A stretch of DNA of 64,000 nt from Planctomycetota bacterium (GCA_965223505.1 CBDCWP010000038.1:96001-160000); one strand, 5' to 3'. Positions 34,261 through 44,969 are shown, counted from the stretch's first letter. Made by a program: numbers and translations. The notes: generated from the sequence alone by a model not told the origin.

Positions 34261-35085
34261 ATGTTCCGCTACGCGCGCCTCCTGCCCTGCCTCCCCTTCG
34301 CGCTGCTCCTCGGTGCATGCACGACGTCCAGCCTCTCCACCGGAAGTGCTCGGGCCGCCGACGCCGCGATGGCGAGCCGCTCGGAGGACTCGTACGAACG
34401 CCCCGAGGACGTCGTTCGCGGCCTTCGCCTTCTCGAGCAGGCGCTCGAGGCACGCCGCGACCGGCGCGCCGCGTTCGTGGGCACGTACTGGATGACGACC
34501 CGCGCGATCCAACGCCGCATCGGCACGGGCTACTACGAGGACGACGACTACGTGTCGAACGCGGTGGTGCGCATCGCGAGCTACCACCGGGTCGCGCACG
34601 AGGCGTACGAAGACGGGCGTCGAAGCGACGTCCCGGTCGTCTGGCGGCGCGCGAACGATGCCGGCACGCGAAAGGCCGCCGGCCACGAGGTCGTGTTGCT
34701 CGGGATCGTGGCGCACGTCCGCGACTTGGCATACGTCGTCGCCGACCTCGACGACCGCGCCGCACGCGACCGGCAACGCCGGGACTTCCAGTGCATCGAG
34801 ACGATCCTGTGCGAGACGATCGACCCCGTGCAGCGCTATCTGGGTCGGCGCCACGACCGCGCCTTCGCGCTGATGGACGCCTTGGCCATCGACTACGACG
34901 AGAGCGTCTTCTGCCGCTGGCTGATCGCCATGCGCAACGAAGCCTGGCGATTCGGAGTTGCGCTGGCCGATGCCTCCGACGCGGAGGAACGCCGGCGGAT
35001 CCGCGCGCGCATCGAGACACGGTTCCTTCAGCGTTCGCGGTTCATCGGCCGAACGCCGCTACGGGCACTGGCGCGGGATCGATGA
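34261..35085 (+). CDS. DUF5995-like lipoprotein
   Basis: Lipobox LLGAC; AAFVGTYWMTT, YYEDDDYV and LLGIVAHVRDL resemble motifs of 14835..15584. Confidence 0.65.
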   Translation: MFRYARLLPCLPFALLLGACTTSSLSTGSARAADAAMASRSEDSYERPEDVVRGLRLLEQALEARRDRRAAFVGTYWMTTRAIQRRIGTGYYEDDDYVSNAVVRIASYHRVAHEAYEDGRRSDVPVVWRRANDAGTRKAAGHEVVLLGIVAHVRDLAYVVADLDDRAARDRQRRDFQCIETILCETIDPVQRYLGRRHDRAFALMDALAIDYDESVFCRWLIAMRNEAWRFGVALADASDAEERRRIRARIETRFLQRSRFIGRTPLRALARDR

Positions 35086-35091
35086 GCCCGC

Positions 35092-37665
35092 TCAGTCCTT
35101 CCGGCGCAGCCACGGAACGACGACGTGGTGGACGACCCTCTTGGACATCGTAGGAGGCAGCTCGACCGGGAGCGGCCGGTGGTAGCGCGTCATGACCCCG
35201 CCGTCGTCGAGCCGCTCTTCGACGTAGAACAGTCGCAACGCCTTCCCCGCCGACGGCAACAGGAACGCTCCGTCCGCGTTCGATACGACGCTCCACGCCG
35301 GTTTCACTTCGCTTCCGTCGTCCGGGACGTACGCCGCGGACAGCTTCGGGTGCGGCACGGCGTGTCCGTTCGGCTCGTACAGGCGTCCGACGACGTGGCG
35401 GAATGCGTCGAACTGGATCGTCACGTCGAGACGCCGTTGCTCGGCGCCCAGCTCGTACAGACCGAAGACGCCCTGCATCAACGGCGCGGAGACCCACAGG
35501 CAGAACGTCTTTTCGGTCTTGGGCATCCAAAGCCGGAAGCGCCCCTTCTCGTCGGCCCGCACCTTGCCGAGAAACGTGCGCTCGCTTCGATAGACGCGCC
35601 AGTCGACATCGGTCTGAAGCAGCTGTACCTGCGGCTGACCGGGCAGCACCTCGCGCTCGGCGAATTCGACTTGAACGCTCTGCGGTGCCGTGCCGTCTAC
35701 GTAGCGGATCGCCAGGTCGAGCAACACCCCGTCCCACGCCGCTCCGTCGACGGTCCGAAGCGGTACGACGAGCTCGTGAACGCCGTCGCCCTCCGGAAGC
35801 TCGAACCGCCAGTGGATGTCGTGCGTGCGGCCCGCGCCGGTCGTCCAGGTGCCGCTGAGGTAGTGCGAGGCCGGAACGGTACGCCTCGCGCCACCCGACG
35901 CGTCGAACATGTGGACGGTCCGAAGCAGCTGTAGGGAAACGGAGGGGCGCGCGCGCGTCAGCTCGATCGGCGCGCCGTCCATCACACCCAGAAACGTGAG
36001 GTCGCTCAGCGTTTCCGGCAGATCGGGCAAGCGCAGGCGCACATTCGGCTCGGGCAGCTCGCGCATGACCCAACGATCCGTGCCGTCCATCGAGCGACCG
36101 TCGAGATGCAGCGGCGCCTCGGTCCATCCCGGTCCCATGCCGACGAGCGCGGGACGATCGGTCCCGGCGCCGCGTAGCGTGAACGCGCCGCGCGCGTCGG
36201 TCCACGCGCCGCGATGCCCGGCCCTCACGTAGACCTGCCCGCGCGGCATTCCGTCCGGACCGACCAGCTGTCCGTCGTACCGGGTGGTCACGTCGGACGG
36301 CACGCGAATGCGGTCCTCGATCGCGACCGTGCGCCAGAACGGCCGCTTCCGTTCGTTCTCGCTCCAGCAAAGCCCGATCTTGGAGCCGGCGCCGGAGGGC
36401 AGGACGACCCGGCCCGCGCGGTTGGTGCGCGGGAGAGCTCGCGTCTCGCCGAAGTAGTCGACGAAGACGCCATCCACCGGCTCTCCGGTGTCCCACTCGA
36501 AGTGCAACACCCGGGGCGCGCGGCGCGTCACACGCAGCTCGAGATCGGTACTCGTGGTCCAGTTGCCCGGCAACCGCCCGCCGTCCTCGCCGTCGACGCG
36601 GAACTCGTGGGTCGCGTACCCGGGCGTGCACACGCTCAGATACGGCTCACCGCGCTTCGGCATGCGCAGCTCACCGTTACTCGAGGGATAGAAGCAGAAG
36701 ACACCTTCGCTCGAAATGGGAACGAGGTGCCAACCGGTCTCGCTCGTTCGCAGGGACACCGTGCCCTCGCGCACGAGCCGGTCGCGTTCGTTCAGAACCC
36801 GGCCCTGTACGACCGCGCGCCGTCCCACGATCGGCGGCGGCGGCTCGACGGGCCCGGCCACCCGTGTCGCGTTCGCGCTCGGCGCATCGCCGGGCGCCTT
36901 CGCGCGGCTCGAACCCTCCAGGCCGGCCGGCAGGCTCGCGACGTCCGGCGCCCCGTCCACGCCGCCGTCGTAGGCGCCCGGTCGCGCGTCGTTCGTCGCC
37001 TCCAGCGCCCACCAGACGGCGCCGGAGCCGATCAGCACGGCAACGAGGCCCGCCCACGCGAAGTTCGCTTTCGTCATCATCCACACTCCCTGCAACCAGC
37101 CGGCGGCGCGGGCCACCGGCGACAGCCATCCGAGGTCGTGGAACGAGAGCGGTGCGATGAGCAGCGCGCGATCTCCGAGGCGACGATCGAGACGAGCGCG
37201 CAGCTGTTCGACGGCGCGACGCAGGCGTGTTCGCACCGTGGCAGCCGGCACGTTCATCAGCCGCGCGATCTCGTCGATCGAGTACTCGTCGAAGAACCGC
37301 AGCAACACCGTGGTGCGATAGGGCTCCTCGAGCGTGAGCACCGTGCGCGTCACGATCGTCTGGAGCTCGGCGCGCTCGACGACATCGTCCGCCGGCGCCT
37401 CGTCGGGACGCGCGACGCGCGCTTCGCGACGCCGGCGGCTCAATGTGGACCGCGTGTTGTCGACGGCGCGCCGCCGCAGCACGCGCTGCAGCCAGCCTCT
37501 CGGATTGCGGCGATCGGGCGGGGGCTTCTGCAGCGCGGCCAGCCAGGTTTCCTGCGCCAGGTCGTCCGCGGTGTGCGGATCCGTGGCCATTCGGTGGGCA
37601 AGCGTTCGAACCCAACGGCGATTCGCCAGCAGCTCGTCCATCGACGCCGAACGACCCGGTTTCAT
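35092..37665 (-). CDS. ECF sigma factor fused to a TM helix and a long extracytoplasmic beta-sandwich (carboxypeptidase-regulatory-like) extension
   Basis: ADDLAQETW, RGWLQRV and LEEPYRTTVLLRFF...EIARLMNVPAATVRTRLRRA; TM helix; repeated GRV...G.P and TDARGAF motifs. Start approximate. Confidence 0.85.
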   Translation of the reverse strand: MKPGRSASMDELLANRRWVRTLAHRMATDPHTADDLAQETWLAALQKPPPDRRNPRGWLQRVLRRRAVDNTRSTLSRRRREARVARPDEAPADDVVERAELQTIVTRTVLTLEEPYRTTVLLRFFDEYSIDEIARLMNVPAATVRTRLRRAVEQLRARLDRRLGDRALLIAPLSFHDLGWLSPVARAAGWLQGVWMMTKANFAWAGLVAVLIGSGAVWWALEATNDARPGAYDGGVDGAPDVASLPAGLEGSSRAKAPGDAPSANATRVAGPVEPPPPIVGRRAVVQGRVLNERDRLVREGTVSLRTSETGWHLVPISSEGVFCFYPSSNGELRMPKRGEPYLSVCTPGYATHEFRVDGEDGGRLPGNWTTSTDLELRVTRRAPRVLHFEWDTGEPVDGVFVDYFGETRALPRTNRAGRVVLPSGAGSKIGLCWSENERKRPFWRTVAIEDRIRVPSDVTTRYDGQLVGPDGMPRGQVYVRAGHRGAWTDARGAFTLRGAGTDRPALVGMGPGWTEAPLHLDGRSMDGTDRWVMRELPEPNVRLRLPDLPETLSDLTFLGVMDGAPIELTRARPSVSLQLLRTVHMFDASGGARRTVPASHYLSGTWTTGAGRTHDIHWRFELPEGDGVHELVVPLRTVDGAAWDGVLLDLAIRYVDGTAPQSVQVEFAEREVLPGQPQVQLLQTDVDWRVYRSERTFLGKVRADEKGRFRLWMPKTEKTFCLWVSAPLMQGVFGLYELGAEQRRLDVTIQFDAFRHVVGRLYEPNGHAVPHPKLSAAYVPDDGSEVKPAWSVVSNADGAFLLPSAGKALRLFYVEERLDDGGVMTRYHRPLPVELPPTMSKRVVHHVVVPWLRRKD

Positions 37666-37768
37666 GGGCACCATCCTATTCCGCGACCACATACCCATCG
37701 GTGCCGGCGTCCCGGTTGATTCAACATTCCGCGAAATCGACGCCGGTCCTGCTTGTATGGTCCGGCGC

Positions 37769-38254
37769 ATGGCGGCGGTCACGACCAAAGACGTGCTCCT
37801 GGCGAACCTCGACTGGGCGTTCGACCGCTCGGCCTGGCACGGCACGACGCTCAAGGGTTCGCTGCGAGGGCTGAAGCCCGAGGTCGCGTGCTGGCAGCCG
37901 GGTCCGGAGCGCAACAGCATCTGGCAGCTGCTGCTGCACGCCGCGTACTGGAAGTACATCGCGCGCCGCCGGTTGGCCGGCAGCGACGAGCCGGAGTTTC
38001 CGCGTTCCCCCAGCAACTTTCCCTCGCCGCCCAAGGGCGGGACCGCGACGGACCTCAAGCGCGACATCCGGTTGCTCACCGACGAGCACGCGATGTTGCG
38101 CACGTCGGTGGAGGCGTTTCCGGTCACGCGGCTCGACGAGCGCTTCGGCAAGGCGGGCCCGACCGCCGCGGGACTGATCCTCGGCGTCGCTGCGCACGAC
38201 CTCTATCACACGGGCCAGATTCAGCTCTTGAAGCGGCTGCACGCGGAGCGCTGA
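37769..38254 (+). CDS. DinB/YfiT-like four-helix protein
   Basis: SAWHG, NSIWQLLLHAAYWK and AHDLYHTGQIQLLK. Confidence 0.85.
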   Translation: MAAVTTKDVLLANLDWAFDRSAWHGTTLKGSLRGLKPEVACWQPGPERNSIWQLLLHAAYWKYIARRRLAGSDEPEFPRSPSNFPSPPKGGTATDLKRDIRLLTDEHAMLRTSVEAFPVTRLDERFGKAGPTAAGLILGVAAHDLYHTGQIQLLKRLHAER

Positions 38255-38255
38255 G

Positions 38256-38774
38256 ATGACCGCGACGAAGCGAATCGCGCGGACCCTCGAACGGGTGCGC
38301 GTGCAGTACGACGCGCTGATCGACCTCGCCCGGGATCCCGACGCACCGACCCTTCGTGACGAGAGCGTGTCGGCGTGGTCGATCGGGGAACAGCTCGAGC
38401 ACCTGGCGTTGGCCGACCGCCCCATCCTCGACGCCGTCGATCGGATCCTGGCCGGCGGCCATGCCGACGATGCGAAGAAGAAGCCGAGCAAGATCGGCCG
38501 AATGATGCTGCTCTCGGGCTGGATCCCGCGCGGCAAGGGCCGGGCTCCCGAGGTCGCGAGACCGAGAGGTGCCGATCCCGGCGCGATCGCGGCCGGACTC
38601 GCGATCGAGAAGGAGCGCTGCGAAGCGTACGACGCGGCGGCGCTTCGCGAGGCGGCCGGCACCGTGGCGCACTTCGCGTTCGGACACATGACCGCGTGCC
38701 AGTGGTTGCGCTTCATCGAGGTGCATCACGACCACCACATGAAGATCATCCGCGACATTCAACGAGCGTGCTGA
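38256..38774 (+). CDS. DinB/YfiT-like four-helix protein
   Basis: WSIGEQLEHL and HFAFGHMTACQWLRFIEVHHDHH. Confidence 0.82.
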   Translation: MTATKRIARTLERVRVQYDALIDLARDPDAPTLRDESVSAWSIGEQLEHLALADRPILDAVDRILAGGHADDAKKKPSKIGRMMLLSGWIPRGKGRAPEVARPRGADPGAIAAGLAIEKERCEAYDAAALREAAGTVAHFAFGHMTACQWLRFIEVHHDHHMKIIRDIQRAC

Positions 38775-38777
38775 CGT

Positions 38778-40624
38778 CTACTTCGCTCGAAGATGTACGC
38801 TCGGGATGCCCAACTTCGCGACGTCGGGCGGGTAGCGCTGCGCGTTCTTCTCCCACCAGGAACGCCACCAGGCACCGTCGTGCTTCTCGTCGTAACTGAC
38901 GCCGGTGATGCGACCCAGCCCGAAGTAGCCGATGCCGTAGACGCTGTCATACGTATTGTCCGCCTCGACGACACCGATGAGGAACGGAACGGCGCGCGCG
39001 TTCCCGATCGCGGCGACCGCAGTCGCCAGCGGCCACCAGCGTCGCTTGTACGGCGTGTTCTCGATTGCGCTCAGCAAGGCGTCGAGCGTGGCGTCGTGCT
39101 TCACGGTGCCGAGGGTATGGGCGGCAGTGTGGAACAGCTCTCCGGGCAGCCGCTCCTCCGCGTTGATCGCCGGTACGACGTGCGCCACGAGGTACTCGAT
39201 GTCGGGCTTCAACAACGTCACGAACTGCAGCGCTGCGACGCGCATGTCCGCGCTCTCCTCGGGGTCGATCCACCACTCGTGGGCGATCTCGAAGGCGCCG
39301 CCGTCCCGGAGCATCTCGATCACGTCGATGCCCTGTCGCCGACCGCGCTCGATGTTCAGCGCTCGCTGGTTGCGCAGGAGCTTGACCCGATCCTCTCCGG
39401 TGCGCGTCTTCATCTTCTCCAGAAACGCAGCGACGCCGGCCCGAAGCAGCTCTTCGAGTGTCGCGTCCGCGAACTGGTCCCGCCAAGCCTCGAAGTGCTC
39501 GTGGTCCTCCGCGATCTCGGGGCCCGCGTAGACAGTGAGGATCCCGAACGCTTCCCCTTGCACCTGCGCGTCCTCGTCTTGCGCGCCGAGCACCAGGAAA
39601 CCGGCAACGTGCTTGTGCACGTGTAGACGGCCGGCGTGACAGAACTGCGCGAGCATCTCCCGTCGCGCGATCGGCGGCGCGATGCGGCTCCATACGGATC
39701 GGACGATCTCGATCCCTTCCTTGGGGATCGACGCCCCCAGAGCTCGCGCATGACCTTCACGCGCTCAGCCGCCGTCTTGCCCCGGTTGATCCGCTCGAGC
39801 CACGCCTCGGCATCGAAGGAGGCGTCGTCGCCGCCAGGCGGGTTCGGCCGGGGTGGCTCCGCTCGTTCGGTCGCCGCTTGGCCGGTCAGGCCCGGCGACG
39901 CTTCGAGCACGTCGGTCTCGGTGTGGGACGCCGCGACCGTCACCGGCTCGTCGCTGCCGTGTTCCGACTGCGCGACCCATCCCGCGGTGAACCCGACGGC
40001 CGCCGACACGACCGCGATGACGATCGACTTCGACATGACGATGACGCTCCCAATGCTCGCTGCCGTGGCCGTGCGCGAGATGCCTGCATCCGCCGCGAGG
40101 ACCAGCAGCGCCGGACTCCACGACCATGCGCCGTCGCCGTCGCGTTTCGCCAGCCGTTCACGCAGCTCGCGCCGGGCGTGCGCCAATCGGCGATCGACGG
40201 TCGCACGGGACGTCCCGCGCCCCTCCGCGATACGGCGCGCACTCAGACCCTCGAAGTAGCGCGCGACGACGACGTCCCGAAGCGGCTCGTCCAACGTGTT
40301 GACCGCGTCGATGACGCGCCGACACAGCACGAGCCGCGTCCGGGCATCGACGTCCGTCGCGGACGCTTCGCGGCGGGCAACCAGGTGCTCGCGCCGCGCA
40401 CGGCGCCGCTCGGAGCGCCGCTGCTTGAGCGCAAGGTTGCGCGCGACGACGTGGATCCAGCCGCGCACGTTGCGCTCGCGCTTCGGCGGCGTCTGCAGCG
40501 CGCGAACCCACGTCTCCTGAAGGGCGTCGTCGGCCGCGTCTTCGTTGACCAGCCCTCGCAAGAGGCCGCGCACCGCGGCGGACACGCGCTGAAGCTCTTC
40601 CGTCGTGGAGGGAACGATCGGCAT
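38778..40624 (-). pseudogene. ECF sigma factor-TM-HEAT repeat fusion, frameshifted near 39722-39738
   Basis: ECF regions 2 and 4 (ADDALQETW, LDEPLRDVV..RYFEGLS) in ORF 39410..40624. The HEAT frame (38778..39656) extends upstream to ...PKEGIEIVRSVW. The shift is at G5/C4 homopolymers. Confidence 0.7.
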
Positions 40625-40806
40625 CTCTACCAGGAATAACCCCGCGCACTCGAATCCCGCTCACGAGTCGAGAGCGAAGAGCCGAAGGAGCGCTCGCCGG
40701 ATTCCCAGCCACCTTGTTCGAGGGGCGACCGGGCTCTCGTCTCGCGCAGCAGCAACGCGGCGCGCAATCGAGGGTACGATCCGCCGCCCCGGAGACCGCA
40801 CCCCTC

Positions 40807-41457
40807 ATGACCGACCTGCTTCGCGACCCCGTCTCGATTCGGACCCGGCGGCTGTTGCTGTGGACCGCCGGCCTGTGCGCTGCGACGTTCTTCGGCGCGG
40901 TGGTGACGGGCCGCCTCGTCGCGTTGGTGCTCGTCTGGAACCTGTTCCTGGCCTGGGTTCCGTACGTCATGAGCCGGGGCATCGTCCGCATGGCGCGCGG
41001 GACACGCCACGGCACGGGCCTGCTCGTGCTCCCGACGGCGCTCTGGCTGCTCTTCTTCCCCAACGCGCCGTACATCGTCACGGACCTCGTCCACGTTCCG
41101 CGCATCCCGGCGCTGCTGATGGTGCCGGGCGCGCTGATGATCGCCGCGTTCGCTGCGCTCGCCATGAGTCTGGGGCTGTACTCGCTCTACGACATGCACC
41201 GCATCGTGCGGCGTCGGCTCGGGGCACGCTGGGGTTGGAGCTTCGTTACGACGGTCGTGTTCCTCGCGGCCATCGGCGTGTGGATGGGACGCGTGCTGCG
41301 CTGGAACAGCTGGGATGCGCTCCGGCACCCGACCGCCGTGCTTCGAAGCACGCTGGAGGGGCTGGCACGCAGTCCGAACGCCGCTGTCTTCGTTCTGGTG
41401 ATGGCCGCCGGCATGCTGTTGCTGTATCGGGGCGCGATCAACCGCCGCGCGGGCTGA
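40807..41457 (+). CDS. DUF1361 membrane protein
   Basis: WNLFLAWVP, WLLFFPNAPYIVTDLVH and GRVLRWNSWD. Confidence 0.9.
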   Translation: MTDLLRDPVSIRTRRLLLWTAGLCAATFFGAVVTGRLVALVLVWNLFLAWVPYVMSRGIVRMARGTRHGTGLLVLPTALWLLFFPNAPYIVTDLVHVPRIPALLMVPGALMIAAFAALAMSLGLYSLYDMHRIVRRRLGARWGWSFVTTVVFLAAIGVWMGRVLRWNSWDALRHPTAVLRSTLEGLARSPNAAVFVLVMAAGMLLLYRGAINRRAG

Positions 41458-41458
41458 C

Positions 41459-41845
41459 CTACGCCATCGATCCGTGCGCGCCGGCGTGCAGCACCTGCGC
41501 CAAGTAGAGCGAGTTGCCGTCCGGGTCGCTGAACGACGCCAAGCGGACGTGCTCGTCCTCCGAGATCGGGCCGTCGAACGTGACGCCGCGCTCGCCGAGC
41601 TTCGTCATCACGTCTTCGAGTCGCTCGTTCACGTTGAGGCCGATGGAGATCGATCCGCGCGTGCCCGGCTCGGGCGCGTGCGGCGTCTTCGGATGCAGCC
41701 CGATCATGAGACCGGGACCGGCATCGATCTCCGCCCAGTCGTTGCCGGCGCGCAAGTGCAGCTTCAAACCCAGCTGTTCCGTGTAGAAGCGGATCGAGAC
41801 ACTCATGTCCGCTACGTAGATCGTCGTGTTTCCGCCTTCGATCAT
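41459..41845 (-). CDS. VOC/glyoxalase family protein
   Basis: IYVADM...FYTEQLGL and FSDPDGNSL. Confidence 0.9.
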   Translation of the reverse strand: MIEGGNTTIYVADMSVSIRFYTEQLGLKLHLRAGNDWAEIDAGPGLMIGLHPKTPHAPEPGTRGSISIGLNVNERLEDVMTKLGERGVTFDGPISEDEHVRLASFSDPDGNSLYLAQVLHAGAHGSMA

Positions 41846-41958
41846 GTCGTGCTCCTGGCCAAGACGTGTACAGGGAGTCTTCGAGATGCGCAGGCGTCGG
41901 GCAAGTCGATTCGGTCGCGGAATGCCTGAACACCCTCGGTTGGGCGTAGGATGAGCCC

Positions 41959-42420
41959 ATGAGCGACCGCCACAGTGCAGCGATGCTGTTTCAACAGGGC
42001 GTTCGTCGCTCCGAGGTCGCGCGACGCCTCGGCGTCTCGCGCTCGACGGCGACCGAATGGTATCGACGCTGGTGCGCGGGGGGCGCCGAGGCGTTGACCC
42101 GGGCGAGGCGGCCGGGTCGCAAACCGAAGCTCACGATGACGGGTGCCGTCGATCGGATCCACAACGCGCTCGAAGGAACGCCGCGAGACGCGGGCTTCGA
42201 CCTCGACCAGTGGTCGCTCGCCTCCGTGTCGGCGCTCATCGCGCGCACGACCGGCGTGTCCTATCACCCCCGCCACGTCGTTCGCGTGCTCCGGCGATTC
42301 GGCTGGGTCGTGGCTCCGGTCGGGGCGTCGGCGCAGCATGCGTTTCGTCAGTCCGACTGGGCCGACCCCGACGGCAACGCGCTCTTGCTGCGTCTTCGCG
42401 TCCGTTCGGCGCGGAGTTAG
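41959..42420 (+). mobile_element. IS630-family transposase remnant (HTH + winged HTH, no DDE domain)
   Basis: EVARRLGVSRSTATEW, PGRKPKL, PRDAGF..DQWSL..V and GVSYHPRHV.RVLRRFGW; the catalytic domain is absent. Confidence 0.75.
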
Positions 42421-43046
42421 CGCGCCTCGTACTTCAGCATCAGGTTCTCGGTCTGGATCTGACCCTTCTGATAGCTGCGCGCCCGCAACGCCACCGGGAT
42501 GGCGGGGTGGATGACGAGCTCCGCGATGAGCTCCTCCTCCTCCTTCGAGGTGTTGTACATCTTGACCACGAAGCCCTCTTGCCCGGCGATGGTCTCCTTC
42601 GCCGTCACCTTCGCCAGCATGCCGCCGAAATAGCTCATCTTCTCGCCGACCTCGAGCTCGAGCTGCCCGAGCAACGCCTGGTACATCAGGAAGTGCATGC
42701 CGGTCATCTGGGCGAGGCCCAGGTGCATGGCGCCGAACGCGAGCTGCGGCCCCTTGATGTCGCGCGCGGGCACCGTGTGCTCCTGCGACGTTCGAACGCG
42801 GTACATCGGCTGGCCCCGCGCGTCCTTCTCTTGGGTCGCCTGGATGTCGATGTCGTAGACGACGACCTTCGCGTTGCCCTTCCGGTCGTACCTCGTGCCC
42901 TGCATCTTGTAGTAGAGCGGCTTCGCCTCCTTGGGCATCTTCCACTTCTCGGCGCCGCTGAGCGACGGCAGCGCCAGGACCGCCACGGCTGCGGCAACGA
43001 AGAGTCGCGGGATCGATCCGAACGGGGCGCGGTGAGAGCTCGGCAT
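42417..43046 (-). CDS. Hypothetical exported protein
   Basis: AGGAGG RBS, signal peptide, coding-like codon usage. Confidence 0.7.
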   Translation of the reverse strand: MPSSHRAPFGSIPRLFVAAAVAVLALPSLSGAEKWKMPKEAKPLYYKMQGTRYDRKGNAKVVVYDIDIQATQEKDARGQPMYRVRTSQEHTVPARDIKGPQLAFGAMHLGLAQMTGMHFLMYQALLGQLELEVGEKMSYFGGMLAKVTAKETIAGQEGFVVKMYNTSKEEEELIAELVIHPAIPVALRARSYQKGQIQTENLMLKYEAR

Positions 43047-43114
43047 GGTCATCCTCCTTGGGAGCGAGCTTACACCCGACTGCGACAGCCCGGGGACGCT
43101 GCTATCTTGCGGCC

Positions 43115-44536
43115 ATGGCGCGGCGTTGGCAGGGACCGGCAATCCTCGGTGTAGCGATCACCATCGCCCTCGGCGTGTGGCTGTTGTCCGGACCATTCGA
43201 CGAGCCGGCGCTTCACGACACGCCGGACGCCGACGTCGCGGGTGACGAACGCCCGCAGCTTCACGGCGCCGGCGCGCCCGTTCCGAAGATCGCCGACGAG
43301 GCCGCGGACACCGGGGCGAAGCCCGCGGAGAAGAAGGACGTGAACCTCGCCGCCTTGATGGGTTGGGCGAACGGCAAGGACGATCCCGCGCTCCCGAAGG
43401 CGCGAGAGCCTTTGGACGTGCTCGTGATGGACCGCAGCGGCACACCCGTGCCGCGCGCGATCGTCGTCGCCGATTGGGGCGAATGGAAGACGCGGGCGTT
43501 CGAGACGGACGACGAAGGCCGCGTCGTCATGCAGATCGCCCCGAACTCGCGCGCACTGTCGGTCGTCGGGCAGAGCGGACGCAGCACCGGCCCGTTCTGT
43601 TTCGTCCACTATCACGCCCTCTCTCCCGGCGCACGCTCGACACGCATCGTGCTGCGCTGCTCGCGCGCGATCCGCGGACACGTCGACATCGGTGGACGAT
43701 CACCGGAGCGCGGCTCGGTGAGCGCGTATCGCATGGGCCGCCCGACCATGGAGGACGGCGAGCGGAAGATCTCGTTCTACCGCGTCGCAGGACTGGCGAC
43801 GAAGGTCACCGTGAATCCGGACGGCACGTTTCAGCTGAGCGTGACCGACGACATGCCTGTGACGCTGCTTTACGCAAGCTCCGAGTCCGACGACGCCCAC
43901 CGGGCGATCGTGAAGGACGTCGAACCGGGAACGATCGGTGTGCGGCTGAGCGCGCGCGTGCGGAAACGCGAGGCGACGCTGCGGCTACGGGTCCTCGCCC
44001 CCGACGGCAATCCGATCGTGGGCTTCCCCGTCACGTGTCAGGGCATCGGCGGTCAATCGCACGAGACGCAAACAACGGATGAAAACGGCCGCGCTCCGTT
44101 CGAGGTGTTCGACGGGTGGTTGTACCGCGTCGTGGTTCTGCCGTCGGCCGCTACGACGTCACCCTGGACGATCTTCAGCGGGACCGTCGTTGCGGACGGC
44201 GTCGAGCACGAGATCCGCACGGAGCCGGCGCCCGCCGACATCGAGGGCACGGTCGTGGACGAACGAGGCCGGCCCGTGAAGGGCGCGTGGGTGTGCGTCA
44301 TCGCCGGCGCGGAGTACAAGGCGTGCATGCCGACCAAGGAGGACGGCACGTTTGCCGGGTCGGCCAACGTGCCCGCGGGCACGCGCGTTCACGTCTACGC
44401 ACGATTCCCGATGGAGAAGCCGACGGCACGCGGTTACGCCGAGAATGTCGTCGTCGGCGATCCGGTCCACCTCGAGCTCGAAGAGCTCGGCCCGCTCTCG
44501 GCGAAGGCCGTGAACTGGAAGGTCACGACGAAGTAG
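43115..44536 (+). CDS. Membrane-anchored protein with carboxypeptidase-regulatory-like repeats
   Basis: N-terminal TM; V.D..G.PV..A and TDxxG repeats. Confidence 0.75.
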   Translation: MARRWQGPAILGVAITIALGVWLLSGPFDEPALHDTPDADVAGDERPQLHGAGAPVPKIADEAADTGAKPAEKKDVNLAALMGWANGKDDPALPKAREPLDVLVMDRSGTPVPRAIVVADWGEWKTRAFETDDEGRVVMQIAPNSRALSVVGQSGRSTGPFCFVHYHALSPGARSTRIVLRCSRAIRGHVDIGGRSPERGSVSAYRMGRPTMEDGERKISFYRVAGLATKVTVNPDGTFQLSVTDDMPVTLLYASSESDDAHRAIVKDVEPGTIGVRLSARVRKREATLRLRVLAPDGNPIVGFPVTCQGIGGQSHETQTTDENGRAPFEVFDGWLYRVVVLPSAATTSPWTIFSGTVVADGVEHEIRTEPAPADIEGTVVDERGRPVKGAWVCVIAGAEYKACMPTKEDGTFAGSANVPAGTRVHVYARFPMEKPTARGYAENVVVGDPVHLELEELGPLSAKAVNWKVTTK

Positions 44537-44617
44537 GTCGCGTCCTTCCGATCACTCGTTCTTGACCCCCCGGCTCCGGTCGGATACTCCCGGGGGTCCC
44601 CAGGGAGGAGCCAGACG

Positions 44618-44965
44618 ATGAGTGAAACGCAGAGCGCGCCGGGCGCCGTAGGAAGCATGGTGTGCGGAATCATCTCCGTCGTGCTGTGTTGGACGCCGTT
44701 CATCGGTCTGATCCTGGGCATCATCGCGATCGTCCTGGCGGCCAAGGCACGGCGTGCAGCAGCCGAGACACCGGACACGTACACCACGGGCATGGCAACC
44801 GCAGGGTTGGTGCTGGGGATCATCGGAACGGTCATCGGCGGCATCTACAGCGTCATCTGGATCGTCGCCTTCGCGGCCGTGGGGACCGCGATCGACGAAG
44901 GCATGAAGCAGATGGAGGAAGGCGCGCAGATCCGCTGGGACATCGCCCTTCGCCGCTACTTCTAG
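44618..44965 (+). CDS. DUF4190-like small membrane protein
   Basis: GGAGGAG RBS; AVGSMVCGIIS...GMATAGLVLGIIG. Confidence 0.8.
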   Translation: MSETQSAPGAVGSMVCGIISVVLCWTPFIGLILGIIAIVLAAKARRAAAETPDTYTTGMATAGLVLGIIGTVIGGIYSVIWIVAFAAVGTAIDEGMKQMEEGAQIRWDIALRRYF

Positions 44966-44969
44966 ATCG

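Noticed and set aside
37769..38774. DNA polymerase IV (dinB) linked to the SOS cassette
   Set aside because: These are short DinB/YfiT four-helix proteins, unrelated to Y-family polymerases.
44560..44600. GC-rich hairpin upstream of the DUF4190-like gene as terminator or promoter
   Set aside because: No U-tract, and the -35/-10 spacing is only 15 bp; too weak to call.
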